Shown here piece after piece: positions 9,562 to 19,740 of a stretch of DNA of 40,537 nt (position 1 is its first letter; each line of letters opens with the position of its first letter). Under the pieces are notes generated by a model. That model saw only the letters and a list, made by a program, of their open reading frames with translations. It was not told where the DNA came from and made no database searches. Origin of the DNA: Bacteroides uniformis (lineage in GTDB: Bacteria; Spirochaetota; Spirochaetia; Sphaerochaetales; Sphaerochaetaceae); the NCBI GenBank assembly GCA_963618365.1, contig CAVESN010000001.1, positions 9,892 to 50,428 of the forward strand, given 5' to 3'. Both the position numbers and the translations under genes were made by a program.

Positions 9562-10950
9562 ATGGAATATGTGACTATTGATATCGGTGCCTCCAGCGGA
9601 AAAATCCTGAGAGGAAATTTGTCCGGAGGGATCATGAAATGCTCGGTAATCCACCGCTTTCCCAACGGATATACGGCTAAGGATGGCCACCTTGTATGGG
9701 ATGTGGACAAACTGTTCATGGAGATCCTCGCGGGATTGAAGAAGGCCCACGAAATCGGAGTCAGGCCGAAAACCATAGCCATAGATACATGGGGCTGCGA
9801 CTATGTGCTCCTTGACGGAGACGGAAGAAGAATCGGAGAGGCTGTCGCTTACCGAGACAACAGGACCGATCATGTACCCTGTCCGGTTTCACGGCAGGAA
9901 ATCTACCGCCACACAGGCATCCAGCATCTTTCGTTCAACACGATCTATCAGCTGTTGGCGCTAAAGAAGGAGAGGCCGGAAGATTTGGAAAAAGCGCAGC
10001 ATTTGCTGATGATACCGGACTACCTTGCCTGGAGGTTGACCGGCGTCATGCACCAGGAATACACCAATGCGACCACCACTTCCCTGGTGGACGCCATGCT
10101 TCGGTGCTGGGATTTGGGGCTTATTGCCCGGCTCGGGCTTCCCGGGAGGTTGTTCAAGCCTCTTGTCATGCCAGGGGCCTGCTACGGCCCGCTCTCCGGG
10201 GAGGTCGAACGGGTCACCGGCATGCACACCACTCTTGTCGCGGCTCCCACGCACGACACTGCAAGTGCCGTATTGGGTTCTCCCCTCAGAGAGGGAAGCG
10301 CATTCCTTTCAAGCGGCACATGGTCGCTCCTTGGAGCAGTGATTGACAGCCCGATTGTCAACGATGAGGCGATGAAAGAGAACTTCACCAACGAAGGTGG
10401 CTATCGTGGCACCATCAGACTCTTGAGAAACCTCATGGGAACATGGATGCTTCAGAACCTCAAAAAAGAATGCAATGAGAATCTCTCCTTCCCCCAGTTG
10501 GCGGAAAAAGCGAAGGAGGAGGGGGATTTCCCCTCCGTAGTGGATATCGAGGACGAACGATTCCTCGCTCCAAGGAGCATGACCGAGGAAGTCAAAGCCG
10601 CATGCAGAGAGAGCGGCCAGAAAGTTCCCGCCACAACCGGGGAAACAGCCAGCTGCATCTACCACAGTCTTGCCCTGGGATACCAGAAGGCAATCAGTCG
10701 CCTCGAGAGGATCACCGAAAAACGCTACCGCCATCTCGCCATCGTCGGAGGCGGCTCGAAGGATGCATACCTCTGCCAGCTCACTGCCGACAAGACCGGC
10801 CTGGAAGTGACAGCCGGCCCCGATGAGGGTACAGCCTACGGCAACCTGCTTTGCCAGATGATGGAAAGCGGAGAAATCAAGGATAGGGAAGAGGCCTCGT
10901 CCATTTTACGGAACTCTATTGATGTGAAGATATATCGGAGGAACAAATGA
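9562..10950 (+). CDS. rhaB: Rhamnulokinase (FGGY family)
   Basis: The FGGY N-terminus DIGASSGK is present, the product is 462 aa, and the gene overlaps rhaA by 4 bp (ATGA) within a rhaB-rhaA-rhaD arrangement. Confidence 0.92.
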   Translation: MEYVTIDIGASSGKILRGNLSGGIMKCSVIHRFPNGYTAKDGHLVWDVDKLFMEILAGLKKAHEIGVRPKTIAIDTWGCDYVLLDGDGRRIGEAVAYRDNRTDHVPCPVSRQEIYRHTGIQHLSFNTIYQLLALKKERPEDLEKAQHLLMIPDYLAWRLTGVMHQEYTNATTTSLVDAMLRCWDLGLIARLGLPGRLFKPLVMPGACYGPLSGEVERVTGMHTTLVAAPTHDTASAVLGSPLREGSAFLSSGTWSLLGAVIDSPIVNDEAMKENFTNEGGYRGTIRLLRNLMGTWMLQNLKKECNENLSFPQLAEKAKEEGDFPSVVDIEDERFLAPRSMTEEVKAACRESGQKVPATTGETASCIYHSLALGYQKAISRLERITEKRYRHLAIVGGGSKDAYLCQLTADKTGLEVTAGPDEGTAYGNLLCQMMESGEIKDREEASSILRNSIDVKIYRRNK

Positions 10951-12188
10951 GTCGATACGAAGAAGCAAAGAAAGCCTATGCTGCGCTAGGGGTGGATACC
11001 GAGCTTGCCATGAAAAAACTCTCGGAGATCCCCATCAGCCTCCACTGCTGGCAGGGAGATGATGTACGCGGTTTCGAGCACGGAGGAACGGACCTCTCCG
11101 GGGGAATTCAGGCAACGGGGAACTACCCTGGCAGGGCTCGCAGCCCCGAGGAATTGATGGAGGACCTCTCCTTCGCCTTGGGAGAAATCGGTGGCCGGCA
11201 CAGGTTGAACCTGCATGCGAGTTATCTTGTCACCAAGCGCGATGTCCAGCGGAACCAGATTGAGCCCGAAGATTTCACGCCTTGGATTGATTTTGCGAAG
11301 GAGCACCACCTCGGCCTTGATTTCAACCCGACATTCTTCTCCCATCCGATGGTGAAGGACAACCTGACGCTCTCCAGCCCCGAAAAGGAGGTGCGCTCCT
11401 ATTGGATTGAGCACGGCAAGCGCTGCCGCCGCATCGCACAAAGCTTCGCGATGGCCCTTGGGGGACACTCCCTTTGCAATGTCTGGATTCCTGACGGCTA
11501 CAAGGATGTGCCGGCCGACCGCCTCGGGCCACGGCTACGTCTGAAAGAGAGCCTTGACCAGATCTTCAGCGAGAAGATGGACAATGTCGTCGACAGCGTG
11601 GAGAGCAAGACATTCGGAATAGGACTTGAATCGTTCACGGTGGGCTCGAACGAATTCTATGCCTACTATGCGGCAAGCCACAAAGGGGTCTACCAGCTGA
11701 TGGACACCGGCCACTACCATCCCACGGAGATGGTGAGCGAGAAACTTTCCGCACTGCTATGCTATGCCGACTATGTGCCGCTACACGTCTCCCGACCGGT
11801 ACGCTGGGACAGCGACCATGTCGTGACGCTTTCCGACGAGCTGAAAGAGCTCTCGCGGGAGATTGTGCGTTCTGGCGCCACCGAGAAAGTACTCATCGGC
11901 CTCGATTTCTTCGATGCCTCGATCAACCGTATCGCCGCCTGGATCATCGGTACCCGGAACATGCAGAAAGCGCTTCTGATTGCGCTCCTTGAGCCAGGAA
12001 AAACAATGAAGGAGATGCAGGACGCCTGCCGTTTCACCCAGCTTCTTTCCCTCAAGGAAGAGCTTAAGACGCTCGACTGGGGCGCAGTCTGGGAAGAGTT
12101 CCTCTTTAGGGAGGGGGTCGATGGCAGCATGGCTTGGCTTCCCAAAGTCGAAGCCTATGAAGAGAAAGTCCTTGCTGGGAGGAGGTAG
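10947..12188 (+). CDS. rhaA: L-rhamnose isomerase
   Basis: The 413-aa product has an N-terminus ...IPISLHCWQGDDVRGFE... typical of RhaA. It sits between the kinase and the aldolase. Confidence 0.92.
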   Translation: MSRYEEAKKAYAALGVDTELAMKKLSEIPISLHCWQGDDVRGFEHGGTDLSGGIQATGNYPGRARSPEELMEDLSFALGEIGGRHRLNLHASYLVTKRDVQRNQIEPEDFTPWIDFAKEHHLGLDFNPTFFSHPMVKDNLTLSSPEKEVRSYWIEHGKRCRRIAQSFAMALGGHSLCNVWIPDGYKDVPADRLGPRLRLKESLDQIFSEKMDNVVDSVESKTFGIGLESFTVGSNEFYAYYAASHKGVYQLMDTGHYHPTEMVSEKLSALLCYADYVPLHVSRPVRWDSDHVVTLSDELKELSREIVRSGATEKVLIGLDFFDASINRIAAWIIGTRNMQKALLIALLEPGKTMKEMQDACRFTQLLSLKEELKTLDWGAVWEEFLFREGVDGSMAWLPKVEAYEEKVLAGRR

Positions 12189-12192
12189 GATT

Positions 12193-12990
12193 ATGACACA
12201 GACAATGGAAAGCTTCGCGCGGATGTGCAATGACGGATGGCTTCAGGGATGGCATGAGCGCAACGGGGGAAACCTCTCCTACAGGATGAGCGAGGAGGAT
12301 GTCAAAGCCTGCATGGGATTGCTGAAAGGAGAAAGGAAATTTTCCCTTCCGAAACCGATCAAGGAGGTCGCCGGAGCATATTTCATGGTCACCGGGACAG
12401 GACGTTACCTGCGCAACGTGACACTGGATCCCGAGCACTCCTATGGCATCATCAAAATCGACGACAAGGGAGAGGGATACCAAATCCTGTGGGGGTTGGA
12501 GGATGGGAAACCGACCAGCGAGCTGCCCACCCACCTGCTCAACCATGCGGTGCGCTACCAAGCGACAAAAGGGAAATGCAGGGTAATCTACCATGCCCAT
12601 CCCGCGAACATCACCGCACTCACCTACACCATTGAACCTGATGCGAAAAAACTGAGCAGGATTCTTTGGCAAAGCGAGACAGAGTGCGCCGTAGTCTTCC
12701 CCGAGGGCATCGGCATCGTACCCTGGATGGTTCCCGGCGGGACCGAAATCGCTGATGCGACTGCGATTCTCATCAAGGAGTATCCCGCAGTTGTCTGGGC
12801 GTTCCATGGGGTGTTCGCAAGCGGGAGCACCTTTGACGAGGCCTTCGGACTAATGCACACCATCGAGAAGGCGGCGCAAATCTACCTGAAGGCGAAGGGA
12901 GCCGGCATAGTGAATACCATCACAGATGACAACCTCAAATTGCTTGCAAAAGCTTTTAAAGTGACACTGAACCCCGCTTTCCTGGAATAG
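12193..12990 (+). CDS. rhaD: Rhamnulose-1-phosphate aldolase (class II aldolase)
   Basis: The ATG at 12193 follows GGAGG at 12181. The product contains GWHERNGGNLSYR and HAHPANITAL motifs characteristic of RhaD. Confidence 0.9.
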   Translation: MTQTMESFARMCNDGWLQGWHERNGGNLSYRMSEEDVKACMGLLKGERKFSLPKPIKEVAGAYFMVTGTGRYLRNVTLDPEHSYGIIKIDDKGEGYQILWGLEDGKPTSELPTHLLNHAVRYQATKGKCRVIYHAHPANITALTYTIEPDAKKLSRILWQSETECAVVFPEGIGIVPWMVPGGTEIADATAILIKEYPAVVWAFHGVFASGSTFDEAFGLMHTIEKAAQIYLKAKGAGIVNTITDDNLKLLAKAFKVTLNPAFLE

Positions 12991-13013
12991 GGAAGCGGCC
13001 TATACTGGGCATC

Positions 13014-13505
13014 ATGCTGCGAGGTTTCTATGCCGACACCATCATGATGCTCGCACTGGGGGGAGCATCCAGCCTGATAGAAAACCATCCCTTTTGGATG
13101 CTTCTTCTCCTTGTGGGCATCTCTTTCGGCGCCATAATCCTCCCCACACAAAGCAAGACACCTCTTGCATTTTGCACATTGCTGCTTCTTGGGGCTTATA
13201 CCCTCAGGCCTAATCTCCCCACCTTCTTTCTTGCAGCCATTGCCACTTTGACAGCCTCCCTCATCACAAAGCAAGGAAACAACAAGATCTTGTCCCTTAT
13301 CGAGGCCATCGTATGGGCCATTTCCTTGTTTCTCTTTCCTTTGGTCCGTTCCTCGAATCCTCTTGCAAACCAGCTCCAGCTTGCCCTGCTCTGCCTGACC
13401 TTTGCCTATGGGCTTTGCCTTTCTTTTCTCGACAAGGGAACCTCCTCCCAAAGACCGATACCGCTATGCCTGGTGCTCCTTCTTTTCTGGGTTCTATCCC
13501 GATAG
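13014..13505 (+). CDS. Hypothetical integral membrane protein
   Basis: The 163-aa product has 4-5 hydrophobic helices and no recognisable family. Its codon usage looks like that of its neighbours. Confidence 0.5.
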   Translation: MLRGFYADTIMMLALGGASSLIENHPFWMLLLLVGISFGAIILPTQSKTPLAFCTLLLLGAYTLRPNLPTFFLAAIATLTASLITKQGNNKILSLIEAIVWAISLFLFPLVRSSNPLANQLQLALLCLTFAYGLCLSFLDKGTSSQRPIPLCLVLLLFWVLSR

Positions 13506-13541
13506 ATTGTTTTTCCCTATACTAACGCAAGGAGATAAAAC

Positions 13542-14933
13542 ATGTTGCCCACCACACCGGAAAGCCAGGGGATACCCTCAAAATCCATCATCGCCCTTCT
13601 TGCCGAACTGGAAGCGAAACGGCTTCCCATGCACAGCCTGCTTGTCATGCGCCACGGGAACCTGGTCAGCGAGACCTATTGGAAGCCATTCTCACAGACG
13701 AGCCTGCAGCGGATGTACTCGGTGACCAAGAGCTTCGTCTCAATCGCCATCGGCATGCTTGCCGAGCAAAAGAAAATTTCCCTTGATGACAAGATCTGCT
13801 CCTACTTTCCCGAGAAAATGCCGGAGCATCCCAGCAAGGAACTAGCGGATACCACCATCCGAGACATGCTGCGGATGGAGAGCTGCCACATGAAGACCAC
13901 CTACAAGCTTGTTGGCTGCGATGACTGGGTCGGATCCTTCTTCAGCGTGCCCGCGGACCATGCTCCGGGAGCCTTCTTCTCCTACGACACCAGCGCAACC
14001 CATGTGCTTGGCGCGCTCGTGGAAAAGATTACCGGGATGGAGCTTCTTACGTTTCTCCGGGAACAATGGCTTGACGGCATCGGTTTCTCCAAGGAAGCGA
14101 AGATGCTCAAGGATCCCCAGGGGACAACCCTTGGAGGGAGCGGGTTGCTCTCTCGCGCACGGGACTTGCTCAAGGCCGCCAAAGATCTCACCAGAGAAGA
14201 AAGCGCCTGCCATGCGTATTTCCTGGAAGCATCCAAAAAGCATGTCGACACGTGGCCAGACGCCGCAGGAGGGTTGAAGGATCTCCAGCAAGGGTATGGC
14301 TATTACATCTGGAGAACCACCCATGACAGCTTTTGCTTCTACGGAATGGGGGGACAATTAGTCGTTTTTGTCCCCAAGAAGGATGTAATTGTGGTCACCA
14401 CCGCATGGGTAAAGCACATACACGGTGGACTCCAGGGCATCTTTGATGCCATCTGGCGCATGGTCGAGGCAATCTCGGACCAACCGCTTGCAGAGAACTC
14501 CATCAATCTTGCCCTGCTTCGGAAAATGGAACGTTCCCTAGAGCTACAGGTCGCACCCGGAACGACAGAAGGGATGGAGAAGGTGTGCGGAACCTACACG
14601 CTAGGAGAGAACGAGACAAGGATCCGCACCATTGCCATCTCGAAAAGGGAGAAAGAACTTGCCATCTCCATCAATGGCATCTACTGCGGAAATGCGGGAA
14701 TCGGATGCAACCACGTCGGGTCTTTTCTCTTCCAAGAGGGATGGAAGGCGGCAACGAGCGCCGCACTCGACATGCAGGGGAATCTTGTCATCCATATGCA
14801 AATCCTTTTCCCGGATCTAGGCGACCTTACCTTGATCCTCTCCAAGAACTCCTTGAGGGTCTCCCTCTGCCTGGAGCCGAAGATTGCCATAAGCCAGGGA
14901 GCTGCTTCCTGCTCGTTCGCCCCGCTCGCATGA
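13542..14933 (+). CDS. Serine hydrolase (beta-lactamase/transpeptidase-like) with an uncharacterised C-terminal domain
   Basis: It has the SxxK motif (YSVTKSF) and YDTSATHVLG in a class-C-like fold. GGAG lies upstream of the ATG. Confidence 0.85.
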   Translation: MLPTTPESQGIPSKSIIALLAELEAKRLPMHSLLVMRHGNLVSETYWKPFSQTSLQRMYSVTKSFVSIAIGMLAEQKKISLDDKICSYFPEKMPEHPSKELADTTIRDMLRMESCHMKTTYKLVGCDDWVGSFFSVPADHAPGAFFSYDTSATHVLGALVEKITGMELLTFLREQWLDGIGFSKEAKMLKDPQGTTLGGSGLLSRARDLLKAAKDLTREESACHAYFLEASKKHVDTWPDAAGGLKDLQQGYGYYIWRTTHDSFCFYGMGGQLVVFVPKKDVIVVTTAWVKHIHGGLQGIFDAIWRMVEAISDQPLAENSINLALLRKMERSLELQVAPGTTEGMEKVCGTYTLGENETRIRTIAISKREKELAISINGIYCGNAGIGCNHVGSFLFQEGWKAATSAALDMQGNLVIHMQILFPDLGDLTLILSKNSLRVSLCLEPKIAISQGAASCSFAPLA

Positions 14934-15092
14934 CATCAGAATCACCAAGTTTGTATTGTCCAACTCGAGTTCTGAAAAATCACAAAGAGTTTTTTTGACA
15001 ATCGGGAAAAGGGAATTTAGACTACTCTTGTTGATTATCCCCTTTCGGGGTTCTTTTGTTTTGTGTTCTTCACATTCTGCAAGGAGGAATTT

Positions 15093-16670
15093 ATGAAGAT
15101 GCATCGTAAGACATTGATCTTTTCCGCGGCATTGCTTGCGGTCGGATCTTTCGCATTTGCCCAAGGCCAGAACGAAGCTTCCAGCAAGAAAGCCTCTTCC
15201 GGTCCCGTCCATGTGACCCTTTGGTATCCCGCCACCCAGACCGAGGTAGGCCCGCTTCCCAACGATTGGGCAGGCTACCAGATTGTCAAGGACAAGTTCG
15301 GCATCGAGCTTGAGGCACAGACCCTGCCTTCCGGCACCCAGGACCAGGATGTGAAGATTCAGGCCGCGGCAGCCGCAGACGATCTTCCCGACATGTTCGT
15401 CGCCGGACGTGAAGTGTGGCTTCGCCTGGCCAAGAACGGAATGCTCGCCGATGTGACCGACCTGTACAGCCGCATGCCCAACAGAACCAGGCTTATGTTC
15501 GACGACGGCGCGAAGGCGTACACCACCCTCGACGGCCGCAGCTACGGCTTTGCAACCCCCGCAGCCGTTTCCCGCAACGAGGGTCTGATCATCCGCAAGG
15601 ATTGGCTGGATAACCTCGGACTGGAAGCTCCCAAGACCACTGAGGAGCTGCTCAATGTGCTGCGCGCATTCACGTTCAATGATCCGGATGGCAACGGCCA
15701 GAAGGATACCTACGGCTTTGGCGCCTTCATCGAAGCCAACAACTACGAAGCCTATCCAGGCCGCAGGCTTGAGCCGCTGATGGGTGCATTTGGCGTCGAG
15801 GGCACCTGGAACATGACCAAGGCGAACTTCGGGCTACAGATCAACAAGCCCGAGTTCTATGACTTCATGGTATTTGCGAAGCAGATCATCGACGAAGGTC
15901 TGATTGACCCGAACTGGATGGCATACAAGAAGGATGACTTCCGCGGTGCCTGGAAACAGGGCAAGTTCGGATGCTTCCGCGAGCAGAACGGCGCTCTCCA
16001 TGGCGAGAACAACTACACTCCGTTCGACATGAACTTCCCCAACGGAGATCTTATCGTCATCGATCCTCCCGTCGGCCCCAGCGGCAAATCCTCCGTTGGT
16101 CCCGCGGTCCGCACCATGAGAGTCTGGTGCATCTCCGCCAAAGCAGCCGAAGAGGGCAAAGCCGAGAAGATTGCCGACATGTTCGAGTGGATGAGCTATG
16201 ACGAGGGATACATGCTCTGCGGTTTCGGACGCGAAGGTGTCGAGTATACGCTGGATGCCGACGGCAACCCGCAATCCACCCCCGGAGCGCAGGGATACAA
16301 CGGCTCTGTAGGCCAGACCTACATCCAGCTGCGCAACATGGCCTTCAACTACGTCGACAACAAGGAGCTTGCAAGCCGCTATCCGACCTACACTGCAAAG
16401 AATTCGGGTAAGACGATGTCCTCCCTGGTGACCCTGCACAACATGCAGTCCAAGAAGTGGACCGATGCGGTTGGCATGGAGTCCATGCCGGTTCCTTCGA
16501 CCGACCTGAAGACCTTCTACGAGCAGGGCTTGGCCGAGTTCTTCTCCGGCAAGCGCGCCTTGACCAAGGAGAACTGGGATGCGTTCGTCAAGCAGTTCAA
16601 CGACCTTGGAGGCAAGGCATGGGAAGCGGAAGGTCGCGCCTATGCCGAGGAGAATGGCTTGCTGAAATAA
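15093..16670 (+). CDS. ABC transporter extracellular solute-binding protein (family 1/CUT1, LipO-like large SBP)
   Basis: AAGGAGG precedes the ATG at 15093. The product has a signal peptide MKMHRKTLIFSAALLAVGSFAFA|QG, is about 525 aa long, and its gene is followed by two CUT1 permease genes. Confidence 0.9.
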   Translation: MKMHRKTLIFSAALLAVGSFAFAQGQNEASSKKASSGPVHVTLWYPATQTEVGPLPNDWAGYQIVKDKFGIELEAQTLPSGTQDQDVKIQAAAAADDLPDMFVAGREVWLRLAKNGMLADVTDLYSRMPNRTRLMFDDGAKAYTTLDGRSYGFATPAAVSRNEGLIIRKDWLDNLGLEAPKTTEELLNVLRAFTFNDPDGNGQKDTYGFGAFIEANNYEAYPGRRLEPLMGAFGVEGTWNMTKANFGLQINKPEFYDFMVFAKQIIDEGLIDPNWMAYKKDDFRGAWKQGKFGCFREQNGALHGENNYTPFDMNFPNGDLIVIDPPVGPSGKSSVGPAVRTMRVWCISAKAAEEGKAEKIADMFEWMSYDEGYMLCGFGREGVEYTLDADGNPQSTPGAQGYNGSVGQTYIQLRNMAFNYVDNKELASRYPTYTAKNSGKTMSSLVTLHNMQSKKWTDAVGMESMPVPSTDLKTFYEQGLAEFFSGKRALTKENWDAFVKQFNDLGGKAWEAEGRAYAEENGLLK

Positions 16671-16691
16671 AATCAGGCTTGCCTGCATCAG

Positions 16692-16720
16692 ACAGGGGTG
16701 GGAGACCACCCCTGTTTTCG
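16692..16720 (+). terminator. Rho-independent terminator/attenuator after the SBP gene
   Basis: A 10-bp stem ACAGGGGTGG/CCACCCCTGT with a GAGA loop is followed by TTTCG, 22 nt after the stop at 16670. Confidence 0.6.
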
Positions 16721-16873
16721 TCGCAGGGGGGCATGCTTGAATTCTCCAATTCCAGTTCGGTATATTCTTATTGATATTTTTTGACAGCTTGTTAAGCAAC
16801 AGGTAGAATTATCAATACGTATTTACATTCAGGAAAATTCACACGGGCATGCCCGTTGGATGATATACAAGGA

Positions 16874-17812
16874 ATGGCAATGGAACAAAAAAACTTCAAA
16901 GTCAAGAAAAACCTGAGAAGGGAGATGGGTCGCTACAGCTCTGTCTACGCGCTGATTGCAATCCCCGTCATCTTCTACATCGTCATGAAGTACACGCCGC
17001 TGTGGAATGCGCAGATTGCATTCAGGGACTTCAAGTCGGTGCGTTACGGCATTACCAAGAGCACCTTTGTGGGACTGAAGAATTTCAGCGAGTTCTTCCA
17101 CTCCTACTACTTCTGGCCGCTCATCCGCAACACTCTGATGTACAGCTTCGGAAAGCTCCTCATCAGCCTGCCGCTCTCCATCGTGCTGGCAATCACCATC
17201 TATGAGTGCCGCCACCGCTGGTTGAGCAAGACGGTCCAGACGCTTGCCTATCTGCCCCACTTTCTTTCCTGGGTTATCATGTACGGTATCTTGCTCGCTC
17301 TGCTCGCTCCCGGCGACGGTGTGGTAAACGATCTGATCAAGCTGGCTGGGGGCAAACCGGTCGACTTCCTCACCAACTCCACCGCATTCCCCTGGATTGT
17401 CATCCTCAGCGATGCATGGAAGGAGATGGGATGGAGTGCAATCATCTTCATCGCCGCTTTGATGGGAATTGACGTCTCCCTCTTCGAGGCCGCCATGGTC
17501 GAGGGTGCTAGCAGCCTGCAGAGAGTGCGCTACATCACCCTCCCCTCCATCAGGCCGGTGATTGTCACTGTGCTGCTTCTTAAGATTGGAACCATCATGG
17601 AGGCTGGCTTCAACCAGATCTTCATGCTCTACAGCCCCGCTGTCTACAACATCGGCGACATCATCGACACCTGGGTCTACCGCCAAGGTCTGCTTGATGG
17701 GCGTTTCGGTCTTGCCACAGCCGCCGGCTTGTTTAAAGGTGTCATCGGAATGTTACTGGTCTTCACCAGCAACTACTTCTCGAAGAAAGTCACCGAGAAC
17801 TCGCTGTTCTAA
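16874..17812 (+). CDS. Sugar ABC transporter permease (LplB/MalF-like)
   Basis: A multi-TM product with the EAA-type loop (ALMGIDVSLFEAAMVEGASSLQRVRYITLP). The start is ambiguous: ATG 16874 or ATG 16880, the latter 6 nt after AAGGA. The track's TTG at 16856 is unlikely. Confidence 0.9.
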   Translation: MAMEQKNFKVKKNLRREMGRYSSVYALIAIPVIFYIVMKYTPLWNAQIAFRDFKSVRYGITKSTFVGLKNFSEFFHSYYFWPLIRNTLMYSFGKLLISLPLSIVLAITIYECRHRWLSKTVQTLAYLPHFLSWVIMYGILLALLAPGDGVVNDLIKLAGGKPVDFLTNSTAFPWIVILSDAWKEMGWSAIIFIAALMGIDVSLFEAAMVEGASSLQRVRYITLPSIRPVIVTVLLLKIGTIMEAGFNQIFMLYSPAVYNIGDIIDTWVYRQGLLDGRFGLATAAGLFKGVIGMLLVFTSNYFSKKVTENSLF

Positions 17813-17830
17813 CTTGAGGAGGATGCTGGT

Positions 17831-18748
17831 ATGGCTAAGAAACAAAACTCATTGAAACCACAAACCTCGGCGGTCGTAAGGCTGTCCAGGGCGGACCAGA
17901 TTTTCAGCATCAGCGTAGATGCCATCATGGTCTTCTTCCTGATCATCATCGCTGTTCCCCTTTGGAGCACGATTATGCTCAGCATGCGGCCCTCCACGTT
18001 CATCGGTTCCTACCTGCAGGGAATGGTGCTTCCTCCCTGGAAATGGTCGCTCGCGGCATACAGGTCGCTACTCGGCAACAACGGCTTCCTGCTCGCATTC
18101 GTCAACTCGGTGAGAATCCTTGTAGGCGGTGTTGTGTGCGCCTTGATTCTGAACATCCCCCTTGCCTACGGGCTTTCCGTCAAAGGCCTTCCGGGAAAGA
18201 AGCTGCTGACCATCATGGTCGTCATCCCCTACGTCTTCAACGTGGGCATGGTGCCGACCTACATCATGGTCGCCAAGTTCGGTTTGACCAACAAGCTCGC
18301 TTCCGTCTATCTTCCGGTCGCCATCAATACCTACAACCTATTGATCATGCGCTCCTTCTTTGAGGGAATCCCCAACGAGCTGAGGGAGAGCGCTTCCATC
18401 GACGGTTGCAACGAAGTGCAGACCCTGATCAAGATCATCCTGCCCCTTTCAAAGGCAATCATCCTGACCATCGGACTCTTCTACGGTGTCAACTTCTGGA
18501 ACAACTACTTCAACCCGATGCTCTACTTGAGCAAGGACTACCTCAGACCGCTTCCGATATTGCTGCGCAACATCCTTATCGGCGCCAGCATGAACGAGTT
18601 CGTCGAGGCAAACGCATTCAGCGACGCTCCGGTAGAAGCCATCAAGGCCGCTTCGGTCTTCATGAGCGCAATCCCGATGGTGATCGCATATCCGTTCATC
18701 CAAAAGTACTTCACCAAGGGTACCTTGCTTGGTTCAGTCAAAGGCTGA
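17831..18748 (+). CDS. Carbohydrate ABC transporter permease (LplC/MalG-like)
   Basis: A six-TM permease with the EAA loop (ESASIDGCNEVQTLIKIILPLS). GAGGAGG lies upstream of the ATG at 17831. Confidence 0.9.
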   Translation: MAKKQNSLKPQTSAVVRLSRADQIFSISVDAIMVFFLIIIAVPLWSTIMLSMRPSTFIGSYLQGMVLPPWKWSLAAYRSLLGNNGFLLAFVNSVRILVGGVVCALILNIPLAYGLSVKGLPGKKLLTIMVVIPYVFNVGMVPTYIMVAKFGLTNKLASVYLPVAINTYNLLIMRSFFEGIPNELRESASIDGCNEVQTLIKIILPLSKAIILTIGLFYGVNFWNNYFNPMLYLSKDYLRPLPILLRNILIGASMNEFVEANAFSDAPVEAIKAASVFMSAIPMVIAYPFIQKYFTKGTLLGSVKG

Positions 18749-19089
18749 GCACGTCAAAACGGCTTTTTGATGAGCACCATCAGAAAGTCGTTTCTTTTTG
18801 CCTGTCCCCCCATTAGATATTCCCGGGGCACTCATAAGACTCCAGCACTCTCCTCATCCTTCTCCGACTTACTTCTTCAGAAGAAGTTCCCCTATTCTCA
18901 AAACCATGCCAGTGAGGCGGGTGTGGTTGCCATAACTGTCAAACTATCAGCACCTTGGGATTTTCATGGCATCAAATCCCATTCGCCACGAAGCCGGAAT
19001 ATTGATTAAAAGGTTGGCTTATGCAAAAAGAAAAGAGCCATGAACTCAACGTCATGACTCTTTGATTGTCCGGGAGGATCCCTGCTACA

Positions 19090-19698
19090 TTAGAACCTAC
19101 GAATCGGCCGTACAAGATACTGACTATCGCGGCTTTGTGGCCCACTGTCCAAGCCATTAACTACTCTCTTTATTGCATATGCTGTATCGGTAACAGCTTC
19201 AGTGTTATAATCATAGACTTCAGAGCTTGTCCAGTAGTATGTATTTAATTCAAAAGAGTCTGCCAAGTCAGTGTTATACATAAGAGTTAAAAGCTCTTCT
19301 TTGCTTGGAAGGAACCAGTCTGTACATCCGTTTTCGTAGAGATCTTTATTATATACTTTATAGGCTGCCTCGTACTTTTCACCCATCTCGAAAAGTTTTT
19401 TAGTATTGTCAAGGCCACCTCCAATACTAGTTACAGTTTTGCAGTCTTCTGCTTCTTTCTCTCCCCAAGCGCAATTTACAGAAGCACCACCAAGATTACT
19501 TGCATAATCGGTTTTCGCAGCCTCAAGGTATGTCCATCCATCGGTTGAAGCTTTTGGGTTAACGTAGAAAATGGTTCCACCGGCAGGACCAGGGTCGCCA
19601 ACTTTGTAGGTGGTTGACTTGGTTTCGCTATCGTCGCACGATACAATGAGCATTGCAGAAAGCAATACCATCATCAGAACAGTAAGAGTTTTCTTCAT
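19090..19698 (-). CDS. DUF1566 (Lcl C-terminal-like) surface lipoprotein
   Basis: The ATG at 19698 opens MKKTLTVLMMVLLSAMLIVSC|DDSE, a canonical lipoprotein signal. The motifs GGTIFYV, DWFLPSKEELLTLMYN, YYWTSSE and VRPIRRF fit the DUF1566 pattern. The gene is visibly more AT-rich than its flanking genes. Confidence 0.8.
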   Translation of the reverse strand: MKKTLTVLMMVLLSAMLIVSCDDSETKSTTYKVGDPGPAGGTIFYVNPKASTDGWTYLEAAKTDYASNLGGASVNCAWGEKEAEDCKTVTSIGGGLDNTKKLFEMGEKYEAAYKVYNKDLYENGCTDWFLPSKEELLTLMYNTDLADSFELNTYYWTSSEVYDYNTEAVTDTAYAIKRVVNGLDSGPQSRDSQYLVRPIRRF

Positions 19699-19740
19699 GT
19701 AATCAATCCTTTGCAAGACAAAAGGTTCTTGCGAGGGGCA

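Noticed and set aside
15039-15062. CCCC-tttc-GGGG plus a T-rich tail upstream of the SBP gene as the terminator of the serine hydrolase gene
   Set aside because: The stem is only 4 bp. It is possible but too weak to list as a feature.
15093-18748. Absence of an ATPase gene in the sugar ABC cluster as an anomaly
   Set aside because: CUT1-family importers commonly rely on a shared MsmK-type ATPase encoded elsewhere, so this is ordinary.
18767-19009. An 80-aa ORF in the convergent gap
   Set aside because: It has no SD, an unusual Ser/Pro-rich composition and no motifs. It is probably non-coding.
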